From Squalus acanthias (Eukaryota): DNA of 64,000 nt. Both the position numbers and the translations under genes were made by a program. Under the pieces are notes generated by a model. That model ran no database searches and had not been told where the DNA came from. It was given only the letters and a program-made list of their open reading frames with translations. The stretch lies in NCBI GenBank assembly GCA_030390025.1, contig CM059430.1, positions 72,478,001 through 72,542,000 on the forward strand, written 5' to 3'. Positions within the stretch are counted from its first letter, which is position 1. The number at the start of each line of letters is the position of its first letter. Positions 1 through 10,729 of the stretch are shown in pieces.

Positions 1-1204
1 ACCAAGGGCAGATATTATTCAGTTCCCATCTGTAAGTCATACATTCTTGTATTTATTTTAATATCACATAAATATTTTTTGATTCTTAGGATCAGAATTA
101 AAGCTTTTCACGCCCTATCTCCAGGGGTTTGCGGATCTTCCACCGAAATTAAGGCGAAAAATGGGGAGAATCCCGTGAAAATTCCACCCATTATATTATT
201 AATAGTCACAATCCCTTGGTGTTGCCCAGGGGGTTGTAAACTAAATGTAGTCCTGGGGTTAACTTGCAATATAGGGCGGGGTGTTAACTGGAATTAGGTG
301 AGGGAAGGCGACGACCATGGAGTCGAAAGGAACCCAGAGGGGACGGCACAGTGGCGAGGGCGGAGGTAGACTGCCGGGAAGAAGGATGGGAGGATGGCGG
401 ATGATTTTGGACGGAGGAGAGAGGGTAAAGAGATGCGGAGGAGGAGGGGAAGAATCGTGCGAAGAGGAAGGAGCTGGATAGACATGGAAGAATTAGATGT
501 TTGTGGGAACCAAGAGGACATTAGATGGGCTGGAGGGGAATGGGGAGGTGGAGGGGTGCAGTGAGAGAGAGAGCGTGCAGGGCCAGTATTCGCGAGGACA
601 GCGAGGAGCCTAACAGGTGCCCTGAAGGGGCGAGTGGGTAATGGGCTGCTAGAGGATGGTTATGAGCAGCGGATGGAAAGCAAGTCAGCAGCAATTGATG
701 GGCTGAGAGCCAGGCGGGGCTTTGAGCATGGAAGGACAGAGGAGATCCTGGGGTGAAATTTTACTTCGGCTGGGGCGGAAAACGGCCAGTAGCGGATCGG
801 TCGCCTGTTAAACACGATTTTCGGAAAACTGAATGCGGGTACTTTAACTTTGGGTAATAGTGTTAAACAGGCTAAAAGGATTCAGCCCTCGTCATGCATC
901 TCTCTGGATTTTCATTTCCAAGGTCAAAATCGAAAGCCTTTTGAGATTGAAATGAGCGCAGTAACCCCTTTACCCACTCACCGCATCGAGAATGTTCTGG
1001 TGCGGATCAATGGAGACAGAAAATCCCCAACAGGCCCCAATTCAGGGCAGTATTGCGAATCTGAGCCTCTTACCCTTATAGCTGTCGCAGGCTGGACCCC
1101 TGAGAGAGACATGAGACACCTGACAGATATAAACCGACCCGCTCTCTACAGGGTTGAGGGAGCTGGAATCTTGATACAATCCAACCTTTGAACATGTATT
1201 GTAC

Positions 1205-1496
1205 CTTTACAGCCTAGAAGGACAAGGGGCAGCAGGCGCATGGGAACACCATCACCTCCAAGTTCCCCTCCAAGTCACACAGCATCCTGACTTGGAAGTA
1301 TATCGCCGTTCCTTCGTCATCGCTGTGTCAAAATCCTGGGACTCCCTCCCTAACACACTGTGGGAGTACCTTCACCACACGGACTGCAGCTGTTCAAGAA
1401 TGTGGCTCACCACCACATTCTAAAGGGCAATTAGGGATGGGCAATAAATGCTGGCCTTGCCAGTGACGCCCAGATCCCATGGACGAATAAAAAAAA
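1205..1496 (+). mobile_element. 3' end fragment of a CR1/L2-group LINE with A-rich tail
   Basis: C-terminal ORF2-like peptide (RRSFVIAVSKSWDSLPN), 3' tail GGCAATTAGGGATGGGCAATAAATGCTGGCC...GAATAAAAAAAA. It overlaps in sequence with the reverse complement of 8481-8530 (AGAAGGACAAGGG-CAGCAGGCGC). Confidence 0.75.
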
Positions 1497-1633
1497 CGTG
1501 CTACACCAGTGGCTGCAGCATGGCTGAGGTGGAAGGCTGCTGACTTCCAGTGGTGGTCATTGCAAATGGCCTTGCAGTTCGACCTTGAAGAGTTGCTGGC
1601 TGTGCGTGTGAAATCAAATGATGGTGTTTCTTT

Positions 1634-1708
1634 TTCTTCTTCTTCTTCTTCTTCTTCTTCTTCTTCTTCTTCTTCTTCTTCTTCTTCTTCTTCTTCTTCT
1701 TCTTCTTC
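1634..1708 (+). repeat. (TTC)25 perfect microsatellite
   Basis: 75 bp of uninterrupted TTC repeats. Confidence 0.98.
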
Positions 1709-2775
1709 ACTCTCCTCTCCTCTCCCTCTTCCTGGTCAACTACTGGCTGGCCAGGCTGCATTTCTTGGCTGTGTGAAACGAGGACGTCACAAAGGTGGAG
1801 TTGTGGTCAGGGGAGGACAGGAAAATAATAGGTGCATGCGAGAAGGAGGATAACGTATGAGGATACCAACATCGTGTATCCTTTAAGCCTCCCTGCTAGC
1901 CAAGTGTTCAATCATGCCCCTGCCAAGAATGGTCTACACCGTCTCCTCCAACGGGGTGATGTGAGGCTAGGAATGGGAGCTGTGCCTCGTCATTGGTGCA
2001 GCTTGTTGTTAGGTCAGTGCCTGGGGGTTGTGCATTGAGCAGTGTGTGATGCTAGTGGTGCAGTTGGTAGGAGATGGCTTTTGAAGATGCATTTACTGAC
2101 TTTGACCAGTGGTCTGCGTTCATGAAGCTTCTTTGGGCACTGGGGCCAAGTGGTTGGGGGCAACACTGCTGGCAGTGACGGCCTCGGTGATCTGGTCCCA
2201 TATCCTTCCTTCTGGAAGGGCTCCTGGCCCCTGTGGGTAGAGAACCTCGATGCAGTGTTGATCCCCCTGCATTAAGCTGGGGTGCTGCGTGCGAGACCAG
2301 GGTGCCCCTTCCCTGATTGTTGTTAGTGCTGAAGCACTTTTCCCATTTGTTTAGCTGCAGAAGGCAATTCCGCTTTAAGAGCTGAAGCCTCATATTTGGA
2401 AATTCTTTTTCATACATTTTTTCAAAGGCATTTGAGCTGTACGGGCTAAAACCTGCTAATTTTACATGATTTTTAGTTTTTTCATTTCAGAAAGCAGATC
2501 CCCTTTAAGAGACCGAATTACTCTCTGAAATGAGAGCCTCGCTTTAACAAGATGTTGTTCTTGCTGCAATGATGCTACGGCAACGCTACATTGGGGCCTA
2601 CTGCCAGGACGAACGCCACCACAACAGCGTTGCACTGTAGGTTCAGTGCTGGGCTAATGTTAATTAACCATCAGCGCCAATTTACCAGACCGGCCAGCGC
2701 CACCATTTTCGGCGGACTTTAAAACCGGCTTGCATTGGCACAGGCAGATTTTTACCACTATTGAATTTTTAGCCT

Positions 2776-4733
2776 TGTGGTCTTAAATCTGAACAAAACA
2801 AACTATGCAGGTATGAAGGGCGAATTGGCTAAGGTAGATTGTGAAACTGAATTAAAAGATGTGAACATTTAAAGAATTAATTCATAATTTGCAACAAATA
2901 TACATACCCTAAGGAATAAAAACCCCGTGGAAAACGTGATCCGACCGTGTCTAACAAGAGAAGTTAAAGATAGTATTAGATTAAAGGAAGAGGCTTATTA
3001 TGTTGCCAAAAAGCATAGTAATCCTGAGGATTGGGAGTATATTAGAATTCAGCAAATGATGACTTAGAAATTGATAAAGAAAGGGAAAATATGTTATCAG
3101 AGTAAACTAGCAAGAGACATAAAACCTGATTGCAACAGCTTCTATCGGTATGTAAAAAGGAAGAGATTAGCGACAGTAAACATCCCTTAGAGGCAAAAAT
3201 TATAATGGGGAATAAGGAAATGGCAGAGACATTAAACAAGTACTTTTTATCTGGCTTCACGGTAGAAGACACAACAAATATTCCAGAAATAGTGGGGAAC
3301 CAAGGGTCTAGTGAGAACGCAGAAACTTAAATAAATCAGTATTAGTAAAGAAATAGTGCAGGAGTAATTAATGGAACGAAAATCCAACAAATCCCCTGGA
3401 CCTGATGGCCTACACCCGAGGGTTCTAAAAAAGGTGGCTACAGAGATAGTCCATGCATTGCTTTTGATCATTCAGAATTCCCCAAATTCTAGAATGGTCC
3501 CAGAGGATTGGAAGGTAACAAATGTGGGGGAGATAAATAGGGGTCCAATTGATGTAGTGAATTTGGATTTTCCAAATGGATTCGATAAGGTGCCACACAA
3601 AAGGTTATTACACAAAATTGGGGCTCATTGGATTGGGAGGTAATATAATAGCATGGATTGAGCATTGGTTAACGAACAGAAAACAGAGAATAGCAACACA
3701 TGAGTCATTTTTGGGATGACAGGCTGTACCTAGTGGGGTACAGAGTGGATCAGTGCTTGGCACTCAGCTATTTACAATCTATATCAATGACTTAGATGAG
3801 GGAACCGAGTGTATTGTATCCAATATTGATAATGATACAAATTTAGGTGGGAAAGTAAGCTGTGAGGAGGACGCAAAGAGGCTGCAAACGGCTATAGATT
3901 AATTAAGTGAATGGGCAAGAACATGGCAGATGGAATATAATGCGGAGAAGTGTGAAGTTATCCATTTTGGTAGGAAAATAGAGAAGAATATTTTTTTAAT
4001 TTTGAGATATTGGGAAATGTTGGTCTTCAGAGGGACCTGGGTGTCCTTGTATACGAATCACAGAAGGTTAATATGCCAGTACAGCAAGCAATTAGGAAAG
4101 CAAATGGTATCTTAGCCTTTATTACAAAAAGCATTGGAGTAAAAGAGTAAAGAAGATTAGTGCAATTATATACGGCCTTAGTGAGACCACACCTGGAGGA
4201 CTGTGTACAGTTTGGGTCTCCTTACCTAAGGAAGGCTATACTTGCCTAAGAAGTTGTCCAAACACGATTCCACTAGATTGATTCCTCGGATGAAGGGATT
4301 GTTCTATGAGGAGAGATTGAGCAGACTAGTTCTATATTGCCTAGAGTTTAGAAGAATGAGAGGTTATCTCATTGAAATACATAACATTCTTAAGGGGCTT
4401 GACAGCGTAGATTCTGGGAGGGTGTTTCTTCTGGCTGGGGCTCTAGAACCAGGGGTCAAAGTCTCAGAATAAGGAGTCGGCCATTTAGGACTGAGATGAG
4501 GAGAGATGTCTTCACACAAAGGGCTGTGAATCTCTGGAATTCACTACCCCAGAAGACTGTGGATGCTAAGTTGTAGAGTATATTGAAGACAGAGATCGAT
4601 TGATATGTGGATACTAAGGGAATCAATGGATATGGGGATAATGCGGGAACGTGAAGATGAGGTAGGAGATCAGCCATGATTGACGGAGCAGGATCGAATG
4701 ACATGTTTCTGCTCCTATTACTTATGTTCCTAA
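2776..4733 (+). mobile_element. Degenerate CR1 LINE ORF2 (RT) fragment with internal deletion and 3' UTR
   Basis: Frame-shifted RT motifs KSPGPDGLHPRVLK, DVVNLDFPNGFDKVPHKRLL, MEYNAEKCEVIHFG and YEERLSRLVLYCLEFRRMRG. CR1-type 3' end ...CTCCTATTACTTATGTTCCTAAG. Confidence 0.9.
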
Positions 4734-5758
4734 GTTTTTATATACCAAACTCACCCACTCGGTTCATTTCCGAGATAATGCTCAAGTCCTGACCCCCATA
4801 ATTGTGAATTATTTCAATCCTTCACGCGTGTTCAGATACAAAGTGCAAACAGATGGAGCGGGTAAATTCATAAGACAATAACCAGCTAACAAATATGAGG
4901 GATAAGGTGAAGCATCTGCAGTTACAGAGATCCGTTTCACTCACATCATAGGGAACAAATAAATCCAGGAGACAGCGCTCCCGGCATGGAGCCTTGAGGG
5001 ACGAGATTGCGGGCTGAAATCTGACCCTATGAAATGGCCCATGTTTGACCCGCAGTTTGATCGGACTAAGCTGGGTACCCCGATGCCCTACATCGCTCAA
5101 TTTCTCCGCGAGCAACTCCCTTTTGCTCCTTTTTCTCGAGTGAAATCATAGAAATCTAAGCACAGTAGGAGCCAACGTTTCCGGCCCACCACAGTCTCGC
5201 TCCCAGCTCTCTAACCAATATTTTCATTCCCCTTTCCCACGCATTTTCTTTATTTGTTTTTCTAATTTCCCTCTAAACCGTCAGCTCGATTCCCTTCACT
5301 AGCCTCTTGTGCCGGTATATTCCATGCACTTAAGCGCCCGTGAGTGAAATGTTTTCTCTGCCCTCACCTTCCTGTTTCTGGAGCTGATACTAAGTTTATG
5401 ACCCCTTGTTGCTCCTAATGTGGTCAGTGGAAATAGCCTCTCAAACCTCTGAAACCACTTCTCAAACCTCTTCTAATGAGACTCCCTCGAACTTTCTCAA
5501 CTGGACAGAATATAGGCTGGGTTTTTCAAATCGCCCATAATAAACATCTTCTCTCATTCAGGGATAATCGCAGTGAAGTCGGCTTGTACTTTCTTGTTCA
5601 AATTAATGTCCTTTCTCTTATGGAACTCTCAATATAACATGCACTCCTCCGAGTGTGGCCTCCTCAACGGCTTGTTAAAGGGCATACTTGAATTCAAACC
5701 TACTTTGAACTTCATTGTGCAACTTACATCGACTGTAGACCAAGAGGTAAGATTTAAA

Positions 5759-6402
5759 ATAAAAACAGAAAATGTTGGATACACTCAGCAGGTCAGGCTG
5801 CCTCTGTGGAGAGAGAAACAGAGTTAACGTTTCAGGTCGATGACCCTTCGTCAGAACTGGAAAAAGCTGGAGATGGAACAGGTTTTTAAGCAAGTGTAGG
5901 GGCAGGGAGAGGGGGGAGGGGAGGAAAGAACAAAAGGGAAGGTGTGTGATCGGATGGAAGCCAGGAGAGATTAAGAGACATTCGGAAAGATTAAGAGATG
6001 ATGCAAAGCAAAAGGAGATGGTAATGGGACAAATTAAGAAACAAAAGATGACTCTAGATGAAGTGTAAATGGCACTGGCAGAATGAAAGACAGCTGCCAT
6101 GTGAGAGAGAGAGAAATAAATATATAAATTAAAAAAAGATAGGAGCAGAGGTTATGATCTGAAATTGTTGAACTCTATGTTGAGTCCAGAAGGTTGTAAA
6201 GTGCCTAATCGAAAGATGAGGTGCTGTTCCTCGAGCTTACCTTGTGCTTCATTGGAACTGTGTTAGAGGCCGAGGGCGGTGAGGTCTGAGTGGGAGAGGA
6301 GCGGAGAATTAAAGTGACAAGCGACCAGAAGCTCGGGGCCACCCTTATGGACTGAACGGAGGTGTTCCGCAAAGCGGTCACCCAATCTGCGTTTGGTCTC
6401 CC
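5759..6402 (-). mobile_element. 5'-truncated Penelope-like retroelement (GIY-YIG endonuclease C-terminus + 3' region)
   Basis: Minus strand 6400->6152 translates ETKRRLGDRFAEHLRSVHK...VACHFN...GL*HSSNEAQGKLEEQHLIFRLGTLQPSGLNIEFNNFRS* (PLE GIY-YIG tail with one stop). It is flanked by a 14-bp direct repeat AGGTAAGATTTAAA at 5745-5758 and 6403-6416. Confidence 0.88.
5822..5858 (-). ncRNA. Minimal type-I hammerhead ribozyme motif in the PLE terminus
   Basis: Minus strand AGTT-CTGACGA-AGGGTC-ATC-GACCT-GAAA-CG-TT-AACT: stem I AGTT/AACT, CUGANGA and GAAA cores, stem II hairpin, and palindromic AACGTT in place of stem III. Confidence 0.75.
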
Positions 6403-6959
6403 AGGTAAGATTTAAACATTATTTCTCATTAGGAGAAGTGTATTATTTGTATTGTTTCGGTTTGTGTCAGTGACAATGAAGGATTTCAGACGAACCTCCG
6501 ATTACTCGCTAACCACGGAAAAAACGGCCTAAATCCTCGCGGAAACTGCAGGCATTAGGGCCTGAATTCTCGGGGGTCACCGGCGAGAGATTTGTAGAAT
6601 CCACCGGAGTTTAGGGACCAGGACGGCACAAGTTGAAGCATTTCCGTTACTTGCTCATTATCTTATTGGGAAGGAAAAGGTACCTATATCCGGGCTGGAA
6701 AAGGGACAGTAATGTAGAAGTCGTACTTCTGATAAATGTACAAATGTACCTGCTGAGGAAGGGCCCAGATCGTCTTGACTGTAAATGGAATGTTTTCCCG
6801 AAATTGCTTACCCTCGCACATAAACAATAGAAGCAAAGGAAGCGCAAAGTGACGCCCGCAGTCCATGGAGATGAATCTGAGTTACTATTAACAGTTTTTC
6901 TATTCATTATATAGAATATATAGACATCATTTTATTTGAGAAACATGCACGCCACTTAC

Positions 6960-7265
6960 CTGAAAAGTGAATAACGTGATATACACGTGCGCCAGTGTGA
7001 AGAGAGACGTGTGATATCTGACAGGTATAATTCGTTCCGCTCTGCAAAGAACCTGTTTCATGGAGATAACTGGAAACTTCATACAGTCCCGCTCTGTTCT
7101 GTTTTTTATTTAGTTCCATACCGCTCTGAATTTCGGATCCATTTTTAAACCAAGTGATGTTCAGCTTTTCCGGGAAAAACGCAGCCGTTTTACACTCAAG
7201 AGTCAAAGAAGTCGATGACACAGTTCTAAGCACAGAGGAGAAGATCTGTAAAGGCGTCGGAGGAA
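6960..7265 (-). CDS. IgSF VJ-C1 gene, exon 3 (C1-set constant domain)
   Basis: Acceptor tatttttccacag|TT, donor TCAG|gtaagt, 306 nt, phase 1/1. The translation has C1 motifs TLECKTAAFFPEKLNITWFKNG, GLYEVSSYL and NYTCQISHVSL (YxCxV/IxHxxL). Confidence 0.92.
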
Positions 7266-8480
7266 CTGTGGAAAAATAGTTAGACATTTTATCTTCAGTT
7301 CATTTGATAACCAGTGTGGACTGAAATCCAAACAACAATAAGGAAGTCAACAATCAGCTGAAATAGAACCACGTCCAATTTCACATTAACACTGTTATTA
7401 TATAAAGTTGGCGCTTATATTTTCAGTATGTTAACTACGCAACTATAAGTAATGTCAAGATAAAATGTACAGGCTCATGATATTTTATAAATATGATTGT
7501 CAGTTAAAGAAATCTTCTGCTGTATAGTTAACTCTGTTGTCAAAAGTTTCATAGAGCTCATCTCCATTTGACTTATGGTTAAAATCGGTTTATATTTGCG
7601 GGAGTTTAAAAATGTTCTCAGTCAACTATTGATGTTTCTTTACTCGAAATAAAATATTGCATAATATAAAGACATGGTCCAATGATAAAAGCTCTTCTGC
7701 ACATTTGATTTCCACCTCTAGAATACTAATCGAACCGTATTTCCTTTAAGCATCTCTCTGTTTTCCAAATGTGCCCAGTAATTGATCAAGCCGATATGTC
7801 AAATTTTCGAAACGAACAATGGAACTAAAATTCCGCGCAAGTCCCACCAGGTTAGCGCTATTACTTCAAATGGGAAACTTGCAGAAACCTCAGAGGCGTA
7901 TATAACCGTCCGTTGTCATTCATTTATCACGTTGCTATGGAGCTTTTGACGGTGTCCTCGTGGCAGCCCCACTTTACTTCGAGACCGTAGAGATCTTATC
8001 GCCAGAGAATGTTACATGGATTTTTTTTGGCTTTGCTGAATTTTGATCTGAAACGGGACTGATGCATTCCTAATTTCCTCCTTCTCCCAACATCTTAACA
8101 TCATTTACCTTTAATCATTTTTCAGTAGTGTTTCAAATCTTGTAATCGATTTAGCATTGAGCACTTGCTGTGAGCAAGTATTCCCTATTCCAAAAGAATC
8201 TTTGCGTGTAACATTATTCTTCCAATTCCCGCCTTTTAATTTTCATCAGAAAAAAGTCAATATGTCCCCTTTATGTTAAGTAGCAGAAATTTACAGCACG
8301 AAAAAAAAACATACGGACTTCACATTCCCGACGAGTTTTCCCTTTCTTCCACCGTAACCGCGACTTAAAATAATTTCAAATCCTGGAGAAACCGCGCTTT
8401 TAGTACTTGCGCTGATTGTCCGGCGTTACTAGAATCTCCCTTTGAATATCCTGGGCATCAAGTATCCTTGTATCCTTACA

Positions 8481-8790
8481 GGTGATGGTGTTACCACGCG
8501 CCTGCTGTCCTTGTCCTTCAAGTTGGTAGAGGTCGCGGGTTTGGCAGGTGCTGCCGCAGAAGCCTTGGTGAGTTGCTGCAGTGCATCTTGTAGACGATAC
8601 ACACTGCAGCCACGGTGCGCCGGTGGTGGATGGAGTCAATCTTTAAGGTGGTGGATTGGGTGCCAATCAAGCGGGCTGTTTTGTCCTGGATGCTGTCGAG
8701 CTTCTTGAGTGTTGTTGGAGTTGCACTCATCCAGGCATTTGGATAGAATCCCATCACAATGCTGAACTTGTGCCTTGTAGATGGTGGACT
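8481..8790 (-). mobile_element. CR1/L2-group LINE ORF2 C-terminal fragment (intronic)
   Basis: ORF 8518-8757 AWMSATPTTLKKLDSIQDKTARLIG...HHRRTVAAVCIVYKMH is typical of a non-LTR RT C-terminus. Same family as 1205-1496. Confidence 0.8.
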
Positions 8791-8818
8791 TGCTTTTCGG
8801 AGTCCACAAATCTGCTAT

Positions 8819-8964
8819 NNNNNNNNNNNNNNNNNNNNNNNNNNNNNNNNNNNNNNNNNNNNNNNNNNNNNNNNNNNNNNNNNNNNNNNNNNNNNNNNNN
8901 NNNNNNNNNNNNNNNNNNNNNNNNNNNNNNNNNNNNNNNNNNNNNNNNNNNNNNNNNNNNNNNN
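8819..8964. other. Assembly gap (146 N) within the V-C1 intron
   Basis: Run of N seen directly in the sequence. Confidence 0.99.
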
Positions 8965-9013
8965 TTATTTCTGAGTTTCATCGACATTTAGATTGGTATA
9001 GAACGACACTTAC

Positions 9014-9334
9014 GAAATACAATTAGTTCTGTGCCGTTTCCATTAACAAATTCGGATGTCCCAACTTGCACTCTGCTTTTATAGACTCCAGAGTCCTGGA
9101 ATGTCACATTCTGCAGATGAAAGGAAACTGTTCCATTCTGTAGAGCTTCAAATTTTCTACGGTTGTCAGGCGTTACTGTTATCAATTTTTTGTCTACGAC
9201 CTTGCCCCAGAAAACTTTTATTTCCTCGTCCTTCTTGAATCCAGATACCGTGGCAAGTAGGGTAACGTTTTCACCCCTTTTCACCGCTACAGATTCGGGG
9301 AACTGAGTGCATTTCAGAGAAACATCTTCGGCAG
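9014..9334 (-). CDS. IgSF VJ-C1 gene, exon 2 (V-set domain with germline-encoded J-like G strand)
   Basis: Acceptor tatttccgacag|CT, donor TTTC|gtaagt, 321 nt, phase 1/1, open frame: AEDVSLKCTQFPESVAVKRGENVTLLATVSG...KVFWGK...SFHLQNVTFQDSGVYKSRVQ...FVNGNGTELIVF. V-set hallmarks: GxxVTL, C-strand W, L-x-I/L-x-N-V-x-x-x-D-S-G-x-Y, and GxGTxLxV. Confidence 0.9.
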
Positions 9335-9551
9335 CTGTCGGAAATAGATATCATTGCAGAATATTTACTTGATAAACAGAAGAATATGAAGAGTTAAAAT
9401 GCAGAACAAAGCAGTGATGAGCACAATACGGCAATGTAAAGAACAATGTTTAATTCGTGACTATTAAAACAGTACAAAGAGAAATATAAGGCTTGATCAA
9501 TTTCCGATATTTTGCTACTGCAGAACCTGTTATATGAAATCGGTCACATAC

Positions 9552-9633
9552 CTGTGCAGAAAATCCACAGCATGGCACAATACTGAAACGCAACGTTCCG
9601 AAACAAACTTAAACCCATCACTGAGTTTAGCAT
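9552..9633 (-). CDS. IgSF VJ-C1 gene, exon 1 (leader/signal peptide)
   Basis: ATG at 9633 gives MLNSVMGLSLFRNVAFQYCAMLWIFCT+G (82 nt, phase 1), ending at donor CACAG|gtatgt. It is hydrophobic and splices in frame to the V exon. The second ATG (M6) is an alternative start. Confidence 0.75.
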
Positions 9634-9659
9634 TTTCGAAACTCCAATGTGACTACAGT

Positions 9660-9800
9660 TACAGTGACGTGTAAGATGTTAACATTTCTAAAGAGATTTG
9701 CAGCCCGCTGAGGAACTGGGCTGGGCAGGGTGAAAGCTCCGCCTACAACGCGAGTGTATCGATTCGCTGTTCCGCTCCTGCAACTCTCACTCAGGAAATA
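9660..9800 (-). promoter_or_regulatory. Putative TATA-less proximal promoter of the IgSF gene
   Basis: Directly upstream of the ATG: CRE-like TGACGT (9665-9670), ETS/PU-box GAGGAACT (9710-9717), a GC-box-like CTCCGCCT, and CAGGAAAT (9792-9799). These are short motif matches only. Confidence 0.25.
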
Positions 9801-10729
9801 TACAAAACACAGGTTTGTTGAACGCACGAACAGTAGAAAATTACTTCAGAAAGTTTCGTACCTTACCGACTTTCAATATTCTTCGTCGTCTTCAGTAACT
9901 TATAATTTGAATTTAGATCTACTGCTGCTCTTCTGGAAGGTTTGTGCACACATGTGAGATAACGCTAAAGATTGCAATTAAAACATCGCAATACGTCCAG
10001 CCCATCTGGTGTGTGGCTCGTAGGGGAGTCAGCTTAAGGTTAGTCTGAAATAGACCAGGCCCAGGCCATTAACTGCTGGGGAGGAGTGTAAATTCACACA
10101 AGATGTCACTGATGAGCTGTAGCGATGTGAAAAGTACCCATTGTTGGAGGTAAAGTAGCTACTATGGGGCTGGTAGAACTCAATCACAATACAGATTGTA
10201 TACCGGAGAGAATGGATTACGGAGGAGGTTAGTGTAGTGAATTATCCCAAATGCCATGGAAGGTAAGAAAGGATATCGCGCACCATTATAATTGCTGAGG
10301 AAGTACTTTGTAACGTAGCCTGTCAGTCGCCTTATTTAAAGGTTGATGAGCCCAATTTCTATTATGTTCATCACAATCCTTGCAATATAACCTCTCAACA
10401 ATGACTTATAATATTCGAGATAACTCAAAAGATTATTGAAGTTTTCTGAACTTCTAAAGTCACTCATCAAATTTAACTAAATAGTTTTATTTTGACACAG
10501 AATATTTTCACACATATTTTCGTGTACAATATTTGCAAACCAATAACATTCTCAAAACCTTGCGGTTTTGACCTCAGGTCACCACTAGATTATGAGCTTC
10601 TTTTCCTTTGTGTCGCTTGGTTGAGCAGCTTATGTTGCACGACATGCTTTTGTCACACATTCTTTGCGGTTGATATTCTTTATTCCAAACAGTTACTGCT
10701 GGCTGCTGCGTTTTGCACTTTTTGCAAGT

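Larger units (their letters stand above)
750..2775. mobile_element. Possible degenerate PIF/Harbinger-like DNA transposon remnant with nested LINE tail and microsatellite
   Basis: Left end GGGGTGAAATT and right end AATTTTTAGCC resemble the TIRs of the element at 26507-27402, and the subterminal sequence is CpG-rich. No clean TSD or intact transposase was seen. Confidence 0.3.

Noticed and set aside
296-745. Purine-rich segment possibly from a LINE 5' region
   Set aside because: No diagnostic motif recognised, and the 75-aa ORF is low complexity.
1501-1853. Poly-Lys / poly-Ser ORFs
   Set aside because: Translations of the TTC microsatellite.
4808-4915. Candidate downstream exon after ctgcag acceptor (DASPYPSYLLAGYCLMNL...)
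   Set aside because: Weak acceptor, no convincing TM segment or signalling motif.
5728-5732. Possible 5-nt microexon (ctacag|TCGAT|gtaagt, minus strand)
   Set aside because: No independent support, it is adjacent to a PLE insertion junction, and such short matches arise by chance.
75-8460. Several ~80-110-bp CpG-rich patches (about 100-190, 5010-5110, 6480-6610, 7830-7895, 8330-8455) resembling old MITE remnants
   Set aside because: I could not define TIRs or TSDs by eye, so they were left unannotated.
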